64,000 nt of DNA from Pocillopora damicornis (taxonomy: Eukaryota), in assembly GCF_003704095.1 (NCBI RefSeq), contig NW_020844363.1:682001-746000 (forward strand), in the 5' to 3' direction. The translations under genes were made by a program, and so were the position numbers. This document shows, piece after piece, positions 40,596-52,900 of this stretch (position 1 is the first letter of the stretch; every line of letters begins with the position of its first letter). Below the pieces are notes generated by a model. That model was not told the DNA's origin, ran no database searches, and saw nothing but the letters and a program-made list of their open reading frames with translations.

Positions 40596-42864
40596 TCAGT
40601 AAAGCCAGCGTGGATCATTTATCAGCGGTGTTGACTGATGTGAAGCAAATCGTCTGAAAGGAATGACTGATGGGAACACAATATTATCCAGGTTGCGAGA
40701 GACTGTGTACAAGCCATCAGATACTGGACCCAGTTCCTCTGTGATATTTGCACCCGTCCTTCTGTGACAGCAAAGACCTGGTTAAGAGAAGAGGAAAGAA
40801 AAAATGAGTCATAATAAAACGGTTTCCACCTGAACTTTGCTGTAAAAATTTTTAGTAAATCCTTATACACACCTTTTGTCCTTTTGAAGCCGTTCCATCT
40901 GTTCAATACTTCAGCTGCCGCTACAACTGCAGAGAGTAGACTCGACACAAGGGCGAGGCCGAATACAATGTAGAAGCCCCGGACGACAAGTTCCAGCGTT
41001 TGGATCCCGGATGAAGGCTCCTGGCCTTTCCTAGGTACCATATCCCCAAACCCAATAGTGCTTAAAGCTGATAAAAGAAAACATGATCTAATGACTTATT
41101 TAGTTTATAAATTTACAAAGAATAAACCTTAACATTTTTATCAGTTGAATGGTTTACGAACGATAATATTTCTCTGCTTTCAACAAGTCATTCGTTTATA
41201 ATATGGACATTGTGAGCTTTTGAATGACTGAATTAATGAACAAATGAATTGATGATTGAATGAGCTGAGGAATTCATCCGCCTGAAGATCATGGACATTT
41301 TAATCATCAGCTTATCGTGGTATGTTCCTAAGTACCTTTGTGTTCCAAATACGCTTGCTATTAGTTCATTGTCGCTCCTATAATAACTTACGTAAGCCAT
41401 ACCTATAAAGCAGTAGTAAACTCCGTCAAAGTAGCTCCAGCCTTCTGACAAATACAGCAGTCCACCGAGCATGAGAAGGACTAGGACCAGGGCAGCAGTG
41501 CTTAAAAGCACCTTAATCTTAATACCTTTGTCTTGTTGGAGCTGGTACTTTGAACTGATCAAAATAAAACCGTTTTCGATCAATTCGTTGATTCTCTCTC
41601 CTATTGATTTCAACGCCAACATACAGAGAGGTATACCAAATAGCGCGTAAAAAACACAAAATAACCGGCCGCCAAATGTGGCAGGAGCCATGTGGCCATA
41701 GCCTGAAATCAGAGAATTGAGCGTCAGTGCATCAAAGAAATAGGCATGGGGGTATTAGCTGACTGAGTGGTGTGACTAGTTAGGTATCAAACTGACTGAC
41801 GATGAACCGGGATCATGGCTTTCCCCCTCCCTGGTTCCTAGATGATTGACTTTGACTAGCTTACGATCTGATTGGCTAGCTGACCAACGGACCAACTTTC
41901 AAGCTGACGGACCAATTTGCTTCCTGGTTGTCTGTCGAGAAGCCGATCGATCATGAAAGTGCATGAGTGATTGAACAATTTACTGTTACAAAAGATATGT
42001 ATTAAAGGGGAAGTGAAGCCTAAAGTTGAACCATTTTTAAATTGTAGCTTAGAGCTCAAATATCAATGTTTGAACGTTTTGACGATGAATTCAAGACTGA
42101 CTAGTACTGTCTTTCAAGCATCCCCAAATCTCTCCCAATAAAATCCAGTCGTCAATAAACTGAATGGAAAACTTACATGATCAAGGCAACACATATATAT
42201 ATATATAAATTATATTCGTGCAGCCTGAAAAGATTACGAGTTTGGAGGCAAAAACTTAGGAAGACTACGAGACGAATAAGGTGACAATTTCTAACACAGC
42301 GTCTTAAATCAATAATACTTGCTCTGAAAGTGAGCTATGCGATTTCGAACTGGTACGCCTCCGCAGTCAGTTGTGAAGAGGATGGGTCAGTCTGTTCTTC
42401 TTTCTTCCGAGTTGTAAACAACCGTGTAGACAGGACGTTTTTACAGAGTAGTGGATAAACATGGGTGCCTTCGATAGCACTTCATAGAAATTATATGGGT
42501 GTTGAGCTATCCTTGTAACTGAAAACTGATAATTTAACCATTAGACCTTACCGATTGTGGTTATAACACTCGACGAGAAATAAAGTGAAGCATAAAACGT
42601 CCACTCATAGCTTGACGCTCTTTGGTGATGATCTTCTTGAAATTTATGAAGCTTGTTCACTAGATCGTCAAATTCTTCCTTCGACATATTCACGCTTAAG
42701 TTTGTTCGCATTTTCTCCAGAGTTGCTTTGTCGGCGTCTTCCGCCAGTTCAAGTTCGCGTGGATCTGTTGTACTTTCAAGGACTTGAAAAACTGCAGCGC
42801 CAATTAATAGAAACAACGCAACTAAAGTGAAGCGAATTAAAATATCTCTTGTGCCAGCTTTCAT
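40596..42864 (-). CDS. Two-pore-domain (K2P/KCNK family) potassium channel, 4 coding exons
   Basis: Exons (minus): 42864-42552, 41702-41403, 41067-40873, 40777-40596. M1 (LFLLIGAAVFQVLE), cap, P1 WTFYASLYFSSSVITTIG|YGHMAPATFGGRLFCVFYALFGIPL, P2 EGWSYFDGVYYCFI|ALSTIGFGDMVP, M4. Without the last 95-nt intron the ORF ends at 40622 instead. Subfamily not assignable by eye. Confidence 0.93.
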
Positions 42865-45159
42865 TGTTCAAGACACTGGAAGGATGTTTGTTTTGCCTTT
42901 GAAGACTCGACCACTTCAGCCTGTTTTACCACCGTGTAAACTGATGTAACTCCAAAGTCACACACGCGAAGTTTTGTCAGATTTTCGAATTAAATTAAAT
43001 GCTGAATGACGATTTTAAGTGAGTCACAGTTGCCTATTTTGCTTTTTTAATTTATTTTTTTCCGAGAGAGAATTCAGTTGTTTTTTTGACCACAGACCAA
43101 TCGCCACAAGTCTTCAATTAATGCCCCGCGTTAAAGATTCACATAGGATCTTGTCACCGCAGTTACAATCTTGATTAAAAAAAGTGTAAACAAATTAGAC
43201 TTCTGTCTCTAAGAAGCAGTTTGATGTTTACAAGTTAAACATAGTGTTGTATGAAATCTCAAGTAGGTCATTCAAAACCGTTGATTGCGTGCAGAATTAC
43301 AAAACCCCCAAACTTCATGAAATATTCACTGTTTTCATCAACAGATTCTATTGTCGGCACTTTCGTTTCAGACCCTTATCAAATAGAAATATTATAGCAT
43401 CTTTCTACGGTCGCCCAAACGTCAAATGCAAACACGCAATTAATTCAGACCAGAATCTTCTCATTTCATTCACTTTCGCTGGCTAATTAGCTGAAGGAAA
43501 GACAACACCTGATTCATAAAACATTTTCCTTTAAAAATACGGGATATCAGAGATCAAACAAAAGATTTCTTATGGACAAAGTCTCTTAATTCGCTGTTTA
43601 GCGTCGTCCGATCGCATCGCATACTTGCCTAAAGAAAAAGAAGTTATATAATATAAAAAAGCGGTGATTTTCTCATTTCACCTTTAAGCTAAACTGTAGC
43701 TAAGACACACAAGTACAGTGCTTGAGAAGCGCCATTAGATGGAGTCTCCTCTGAGACATCTACCCGGAGAGTTCTTCGATGACGGGAGCAGCTGCCCTCA
43801 CCAACAAAAGCAGAAAGCGCTCCGATTTTCTAGAAGCTGTTGTTCTTCCTTTTCTTATAAAATTGTTCTTCGGATCGGATTTCGATAAAGCTTGGCAGTT
43901 ACGAGAACTTCTTCAATTAACTGAGTCATTCAATCCTCGCTGGTGGATTTCGGAAAGTTACTTCCTGTTCAGTTTCTTTAGGCTGTACAATAATAATGTT
44001 TTGCTGGGTCTAACGGTTTTTGTTCCACCTCGTTCTAGATTCTTAGTGAATTTTTTGAGGATGCTTTTTCCATCCAAGTGACCAATCTGTTTCGGGCTCT
44101 CATTCGAGCAACCGCGCGGGTGATTCCCCTTCCTTGATTTCTCGCTGTATTGTGCACAACCATGATGTCGCGGTTATCTCTGCCTTAATATTGAACACTT
44201 GGAACGAGTCATACTTAAGACGAAACCGAAAATATGTTATGGTCAACAAGTCTTGGTTACATCGTTGCTTCAAAAGCTAAATCATCCAAAAAGGCCAGAG
44301 AAAACCATGCGCGTTCTTTCACAAATCCTCTCTCCCTCAGCTACTCCTCCGAATTCTTGAGAGGGAGGTTGCAATATCAGACCAAAGTGTATAATTTCCC
44401 ACATCGGTTTTCAGACCTAGGCCTGCCTTCTTTACGGTAAATTTGATTACCAAATCCCTCACGCCTTGTTAAGCTTTGCATCGGTGCCTAAAAGTCAATC
44501 TCTGATAGAATTCATTCGAACAATTCAGCTTTAATTCACCCTTTGGACTGTTTATTCTACTCTCTCTCAGTATTTATTTGGAATTAGATATTCGCCCTTG
44601 TGGTTTCCTTTAAAACCATACTGAAATGAAGACTATAGTGGTCAAAAGCTTTGCCGTTTTCAGACCGTACCTTTTTAACATGGCGGCTCAAACCTGAGAT
44701 ACAAATTGGCACAAATAGAGTGCCAGAATAATGGCTGACGTAAAAATATAAGACATAAAAAATTTTCCTTTTTTAATGTTTACAGATTTTGCTGCTGTAA
44801 GCAACATTCCTATGGCGACGAAAACTAAGTATTTTATAAATCTTTCACTGTGTAGATGCGAAATGTTTTCAAATGGATAGAAGCGTAAAGAAGCAGTTTA
44901 ATGAAGATGGTATATTCAAATAGCACAGCTTTAGACTCATTTTCTATTTGTTTTAAATTCAAGTTATATTCATATATTTTGTTTTTTCATTTTCAGTCTT
45001 CTCAGGCTAAGATGATTTTACTTTCTCTATAGATGGGGCATTTTCGAGGAACATCCCGTCACCAATATTACTTCCTGAAGACTGTTAGCATATTTTTCAT
45101 TACATCACAGATAGTTTGATGCACAAACTGGTCCTTTTTTGCTTGAATTGTTTATTTTG

Positions 45160-45483
45160 AAATTAAGGGAAAATTCCCTACTACTCGCTGTTCGGGACTT
45201 ATAATCGTCACCACTTCCGGCGCCAAAAAAGAGCTATATTTGAAGTAAGCGTCATTGCATCACCGAACAAATGTGATCACGTGCTGGTTTATGTCCAATC
45301 AGAAAGCTTAGAAATGGAACGGGGAAGTCCCTTAGTCGAGCAGAATGGAGACTATAAACTGAACCACTTCTTTCGGTTTTCACATGTGTGAGTGGAAAAC
45401 TTCAATGTTGTTTTCACGCTAAAGTTGACAAGAGGAAGAGAATCTACAAGTTCTTAGGATAAAAGGCTAACGAACGTTATAAG
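45160..45483 (+). promoter_or_regulatory. NF-kB core promoter and non-coding exon 1
   Basis: kB-like GGGAAAATTCCC 45167-45178; ETS ACTTCCGG 45213-45220; ATTGCATCA 45254-45262; E-box CACGTG 45278-45283; CCAAT 45295-45299; kB site GGGGAAGTCCC 45321-45331; TATAAA 45353-45358; donor AAG|GTGGGC at 45483/45484; acceptor at 46894 ahead of ATG 46970. Confidence 0.6.
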
Positions 45484-46969
45484 GTGGGCAGATTTCACGT
45501 ATTTTGGGCTTCTCTATAGCTTGTCTTCGCCGCATACATTTTGTTTTCCTGACTTTCTCTTGACATTTTACCAACCAGTATCCTTCGAGGAAATTATTCT
45601 CTAACACTGGCGGTTTGAAGAACGAAATAGCTAAAGTTCATCAAACGCAGAAACATTTTGATAGTAATACGACACGTTCAAACGTGAATGCTTCATTCCT
45701 TGTTGGATTTTAACGTCGAAATTGTCTCACTAATCGTTGTAAGCGAGGTGCGCTTGTGGCGGTGGGTGTCTTCATGTTTTACGTCACGATCAGTGCTTAA
45801 ACATGTGCTTAATCAGCATTTTGATGATATTTTTTCCCATTCTTTCCTAGTCTACTTAGCCATATTCCACTTGTCGTACCCTTTAGTGACACTTCTTAAT
45901 TTAAAGGGATTGTGACCGATCATTAGTGTGGTTAATGCTCTCAAGTCTTGTGACAAACTGATCATGATACATGAACAGTGACTTACAATAAACGTCGTAA
46001 AGATCCTGTTGTATTCAAGTCAAGTTTGAATCTTGAAATATGTGTTTTATGAGGCATTTTTGATTGATGTAAAACAGACATAACGTGAGCTTGTTGCATA
46101 TGCTTAGTTGTGGTAAATTTGATATGTTTACCACAGCTAGTACACGTATATGAATACTTGTATATGTTGTAATTTGAAATTATTTCAGGGCAAAATGACA
46201 ACAATCAAGTTTAGAATGTGTTTTTCTTTGCATGAGAGCTACAGCAATGTACTTGAAACAAAGGGGAACACAACATAACCATTTCAAAATCACTTTTACG
46301 TAAAATTCATTGTTGCCTTGAACATGCAGGCATGTTCTTGTGTCAATTTGGTTTTTTGGTCCTGTATAATACAGCCTTAATTAAATATCTGAAAAATAAC
46401 AGTATGCTGACCTCTTGTGCCAAATTTAATGATGGAATCCAAAAGTTATTATGATCAGGGCTATGAGGTTGTAATTGAGAAACAACTGGATCTTCAATAC
46501 TATATTGATTAATAGAATGACTGTTTGTTAGCAATAATACAGGAGCATGTGTTTAGACTGACTGATGCGTATGTTGCTCATTATATTTAGCTGTCATTTG
46601 GTAGATATGAGTAAAAGCTCTGTTTTTTGAAATGGTATTAGACTATATTTTGCCATGTTTCTGAGGAAATGCAGATGAAATGAAGGATGATGCAGGTATT
46701 CAGATGAATTTGTTAGAAGTGATTGGTCAGCAATAAATGTTTTTTCTCAGTCACAGTGAATTCTGTCTTTTATTCCCTCAACTTTGTCTCCAAAGTTCTT
46801 TCTCTGGCAATTCCATTTTCTTTAGATATAACAATTTGTTACCTATGATTTAAAGATGTTTGGTACTCATTGAAAATGTTGTTTCTTCCTTTAGCACTTG
46901 TAATTTGTGAGCTATAAAAAGATACTCCAAAAGTAAGGGGATCTGCCATATTTTGAACCAGCTACTACC

Positions 46970-49900
46970 ATGGCAACCAACTCGGAAAGGCAGATCGGTG
47001 AAACTCTCACGGACAGTTTTGTGATGGATCTCCTGACACCGGGGTATCTACCCGACATCTCTGCACTCCAGGTGCCAACAGCATCGTACCAAGGTAGCTG
47101 GGTTTGCCAACTTAATGTATCACTGCTTGTAGTAACATAAATCAACAGAATTTCAGCTGCTCTTTGTTTCTCAGTTATTCAGGCTAGTTATTCTGAGTGC
47201 TAACACCATTTATTATTTGTAGCAAAATTGTTCACTGCTTGTTGCAATTTCAACCAAGATAATTTATACCATTCTTTGTTTCAAAATAAACCAATCTGGT
47301 TATTCTAAGTGCTTACATCCTCTACTATTTGTAGCAAAATTGTTCCTGGGAAAGTGGAATTTGTGTTGATTAAAAATTAAACCCAAATGCAATTTTTAAC
47401 TGAAATCAAAGACTTATATGATAACTGTATCAAAGTTTAGGAAACTCAAATTTAACTTTGCATTTAGCTTCATCAGTTTTGATAGGAATTAGTTATTGAG
47501 AAGGTACATAAACAGTATAAGCACAAGCAGTTCAGTTTATTTACACTCTCTATTTTTAAACAATTGTTAAAGAGGGTATGGACAACATTCCAGAAAAAGA
47601 TTGATACTTCTATGTTATAAGTAATGTAACTTTTGTTATCAAACATTTTATAGGACCTTATATGGAAATTCTTGAACAACCTAAACAGGTAAACATGGCA
47701 TTCTTATCTTAACACTTGGACTCAACAAACTTAGGCTCCCAGTTAAATTGATCTTTGATTTAGAGAGATCATTTGATGGCTGTTTGATAGAGTTGGCCTT
47801 ACTTTTACCTTAAGACATTTTATGAACCTGAGGTATGATTAAATCATGAGATTCCTCTTCTCAATCATGAGAGTTGTGACCACACTCTACCTACAGATTG
47901 AAATTGGTCAATATCACTATTCTTACAACCAGTGACATTTTAGAACTTGTAACTGACCAATCTCTTCTCACAAACTGGATAAAAACCTTCAGCTGGTGAA
48001 GAAAAAGGAAACAATAAAATTCTTTACTTGACTCTGAAATTGACTTTCACAATATTTTTAAAAACAAAGATGTAGTGATAGTTATTAAAACATAGTCCTT
48101 CTCACATTTTCACACACTCAGATGATTACATTATTGTATATGTGACAGGATTGACCAATACCCTGCATAACATTTGTTTCTGCAGAGAGGTTTCCGTTTC
48201 CGTTATCCATGTGAGGGCCCATCTCATGGTGGTCTACCAGGGCAATATTCTGAGAAAGGCAAAAAGTCATATCCGTCTGTTCAGCTCTGTAACTACCAAG
48301 GGCCTGCACGAATTGTGGTATCATTAGTGACAGTAGATGAACCTCCTATGCCTCATGCACACAGTTTGATTAGCAAGAACTCCAATAATGGAGTGGTAAC
48401 AGTACAGATTGGCCCAGAACAAGGAATGACAGCAACGTGAGTTGTTTATGACTTTTATAACAGTGTTGGGGATCCAATTATGGGCTAGATTCTAGGTCAA
48501 GAGATCTGAGTTGTATCATCGTGTTGTGTCTTTGGGCAAGTCACATTATTCTCACAGTGCTTCTCTATGTGCAGGAGTATAAATGGGTACTGGTGAATTG
48601 TCAGGGAAGTGGTGGCTTGATGAAATGCTGAAGGGTAACCTAGCAGAGGACTAGCTTCTAATTCAGGGGGGGGGGGAAGCAATGCTCCAAGTTGCTTTAT
48701 GCTACGGAAACTGGAATAAGCTTCAACTACACTGTAGATGAGGTTACTTGGCTTGATTGCTGACTTGATCTTCTTGGATATGACCTTTGCCATGAAGTTA
48801 ACTGTGTCCAGGTCACAAAATTGTTGGGTAATGATTTCTTGTGAAAGGAGCCAAAGGAATGTTGTGTGGAAAAAGTGGCATTCTTGTTCTTCAAATATTT
48901 ACACCTAGAGCAGTACAAACTTGGTTGTAATTTAGCAAGCTAAACCATAAGTTAGCTTCATTATTGTGCTCAATTGTTAGGTTTCCCAATCTTGGTATTG
49001 AACATGTCACAAAGAAAATGGTTAGTAAAGTGCTTATGGATCGATATATCAAGATGCAGACCCTTCACACAGCTACATTAAATGCCCTAACATCAGGAGA
49101 TGGAAAAGTGTTTGGTGTGGCAGGTTTAGTAGACCAAGCAATGGTAGATGGTGACAGAGGCTCTTTTGATAAACGCTTGGCAGAAGCTGTGGCAGGTGTG
49201 ATAAAAAAATAATTAATTCTGATGATATTTTATGTCTTGCACTCTGAATGTGCCAGTGACTACTGTGTATGCTTGTTATATACCAACTATGCTGTCAGGC
49301 TGTGTATGCTCGTTGTATACCAACTATATTGTTGGTATTGGATGAGTCCTTATTTTCTGAAAAAGCACAGCCAGTAATCAGATCATGGAGAGTCAATAAC
49401 TCAGTGGAAAGATCTTGAAATTTAATCATTTGAACAGAGAAGACCTTTATTGAATTAAAAACAGCTTGTTTTGAGTTGTCAGTAAAGAAAGTCTCCTGAT
49501 ATTTTAATTTTTTATTCTATTAGAGGAGGAATCACAAAAGGTTCGTGCTATGGTGGAAGAACAAAAGCAGAGTATGAACTTGAATGCTGTCAGGCTGTGT
49601 TTTCAAGCATTTCTTCCTGATGAAACTGGTGCTTTTACAAAAGCTTTACCTCCCTGCATTTCCAATGCAGTTTATGATTCAAGTGAGATATAGTACTTTA
49701 GTTTATTTGGTAAAGGCTCAGGGCTGGTTATTATACAAAGTTTTAGTTCTCATTTCAGTCTGGAAGTTACAATTGATACAGTCAAAACATTCGTCCATTC
49801 TTGTGTAATTTTCTAAAAAATAAGAAATTGTCTGTTGTTGGTGTTTTATCTAATAGGCTAAACATCATTTTGAACAGGCATTCCAGTCATTGTAACATCT

Positions 49901-52900
49901 GAACCTTAAACTCCTTAAACTTTATTAAAATAAGTTATTCTTAGTGTTTCATTCTAGCTGATCTTGATAAGTTTGTTTATTCTTAACACCTGTTTGCCCT
50001 TAATATTTTGAAATTCTTAGGACAACTTTTGTTTGAATCACCTGCAGAGGTTATACAGTTAATGCAATTCACTTATTTTTGCAGAGGCCCCATCAGCCTC
50101 AAATCTTAAGATTTGCCGTATGGATCGCAACTCTGGATGCGTCAAAGGAGGTGACGAGGTGTACTTACTGTGTGATAAAGTACAAAAAGGTGGGTGTTGG
50201 ATCGTACTGTTTATGGTTACTCCTTAATTTTGCAAGTGTGAATTTCTATCAATACAAAAATTTTATTTTGCCATGAGGTCAATGTGACATGATCTTGCTT
50301 TGTCTTGCAGACGATATTGAGGTTATATTCTATGAAACTGAAATGGACACTGGGAAAAAAACATGGGAAGATCGTGGAGTGTTTTCCCCTACAGATGTTC
50401 ACAGACAGGTGATTTTAAAATAGAAACTGTTGCTCTGTCATGGTAGAGCTGGGAGCTTCATTTTTGTGTGTCAGGAAATCACTGGTAAACAAAATATTGG
50501 GTAAAATCTAGTAACCTAGTAGCATGGATTCCCTAGAGTGAAGGTTGATTTCATTTTTGACTTGCACTTTGTTTTCTTATTATTCTTGGTTCCAGGTTGC
50601 CATTGTTTTCAAAACTCCTCCTTACTGGAATGTGGCTATCGAACAACCTGTCAAGGTACAACTTGAGCTACGGCGGAAGTCTGATCAGGAGACAAGTGAC
50701 CCAGTGGAGTTCACATATCAACCACAAATGTTTGGTATGTCATTAAGTTATTTATAATCAGATTCAGGTTATTCAATGGAGGATACCCCTCCTGGTATTC
50801 TGGTGAACACATATTTGGAAAAATACTGTTCAAAGCATCATGACCTGCACCATTAAGTTTTTATTCAAAAGGAAAATTGGGACAAAACACTGATTGGTTT
50901 TGTGGAATCTTCATTTAAGCTGAATACAAGCTTCCTGTTATAATGTATAGGGATTTTACTTCCCATATTGTCATTAATTTTTGAACTTGATACTGTAAAT
51001 TTAGGTCACTTTAGCAATTCTTACATGGAACTTTGCACACTTTTAGCTGCTGTCCCCACAAGCTGTTAGAGACTATCTTAGGTCCATCCTAATTTCCTGA
51101 GCAATCCTGGCCTGGCTACACCAACCAATAGTGTTTAAGAGAAGTTATAATCGCAAAATTTATAATAAGTGAGAATTATTTCATTTTCTCATCAGACAAC
51201 GAGCAAATTGGAGCCAAAAGGCGAAAGAAGATCCCACACTTCTCTGACTACCTTGGTGGTGGTGGTGGTGGTGGAGGAGGTCCTGGCATGGGTGGGGCAG
51301 GAGGAGGAGGTGGTGGCTTCAATTTTGGTGCCTTTGGCTTCCTAGCACCAACCATAGGCTTTTTACCAAATTATTCAAACTCAGGAACTTCTCAGTCAGG
51401 CAATCAAGGTGAACAATTCACTTATTGTTGTTTATTGTCATGTTTAATGGTAACCAATAGATCTCATAGTGCCTAGTATTTGTTTAGTTACATATCACAG
51501 GAGTCAAAGTTTGTTTGGTGGGGAGACATGAAAGTTTTTGATGTTCTTGTTGTGTTATGATTTTGCCTGTGATCTGTAATGGGACAAACACATGGTGCAT
51601 GGGTGTCTAAATTGTTTTAGACAATGGTCAGAAAAGTGAAGTTATGACAATTTTGATTTGTGGCAATTGACTGCTTCAAATTTTGTTCAAGGGTACATGC
51701 GTGTATTTTTTTGAAAAAATCATAAGAATGAAAGTATTCAGTGGTTCAAATGTTATTGTGCAGTGTAATTATGGATGATAAGTCATTTCAAAACAGTTCC
51801 TTCCATAACATGGCCATTGAATTTAACAATCCGTACATTTTTTAATGTAACTTTTGTAGGAGGTGGGAGCTCATCACAGCAGGGGCAGTCACATTCTTCT
51901 GGACAGACACATGCATCTGGACAGACACATGCATCTGGACAGCCACAAGAAGCAGGTGAGCTTGACTGTGTTTTTTGTTCAATAACTTAGTGGTTGGTGC
52001 ATATATGTGTTTATCTTAGTCGTGAAATGAAGCTGAAAATGCATTGTATGACATGAAGAAAACTTTAAGGATGATATTTCAATCAGCATTGAAATGTGCT
52101 ATACTATCATTGTTCAAAGAGGGATGTTTGTCTTTGTAACAAGTGCATGACACTGAAAAAAAATCTTGTACAAAAAAAGTCCTAAGCAGAAAAAGTACAA
52201 AAAATGGAACCCTGGATCTAATGACACATTTGAACCAAAATGACTATATGGCTTACATATAGCTCACCAGAGGTCTCTCTAGCTTAGTTGTAGAGGATGT
52301 GAGCAACAGCTCTGAAGGTTTGAGGTTACATTCCCCCAGAGGTACTCAGATTTTTGACAAAATGAATGACACCTTTCTTTATTTGACTGATGAGCAAACT
52401 TTTAACACATGTAACTCGTTTGTTATTTTAACTTCCTGCTGTTGTCTTACTACAGATCTCAGTGAATTAGCATGGAATCTTGCCGAGAAATCATCAGCTG
52501 CCATGCGTGATTATGCTGCTACTGGTGACGTACGGTATTTACTTGCTGTTCAGAGGCATTTAACAGCTGTGCAAGATGACAATGGGGACACGTAAGTACA
52601 ATCACTTGTCAAAAGGCTCTGGGAAATAGTGACAGTAAGTTCTGAGCATCATCAGTTCATTTCAAGCTTCTAAACTGAAACTTGGCTTTTTTGTCCTCTT
52701 GTTACAGAGCTCTTCACCTTGCTGTTTTGAACGCTCGGCAAGAAGTAGTCCAGGGTCTGTTAGATATCATGGCTAGCCTGCCAGAGTCATTTGTCAGTGA
52801 ATACAATTTCCTGAGACAAGTGAGTCATTGTTTCATCCTGAAGCTCTTAATCTTTTGAATCATCTATCTCCAGCCTAGTAGTCTTTCCAACTGACATCAT

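Noticed and set aside
41750-41900. Degenerate (GACT/CAGT)n tract, also at ~56670-56905
   Set aside because: Ordinary decayed simple repeat in introns.
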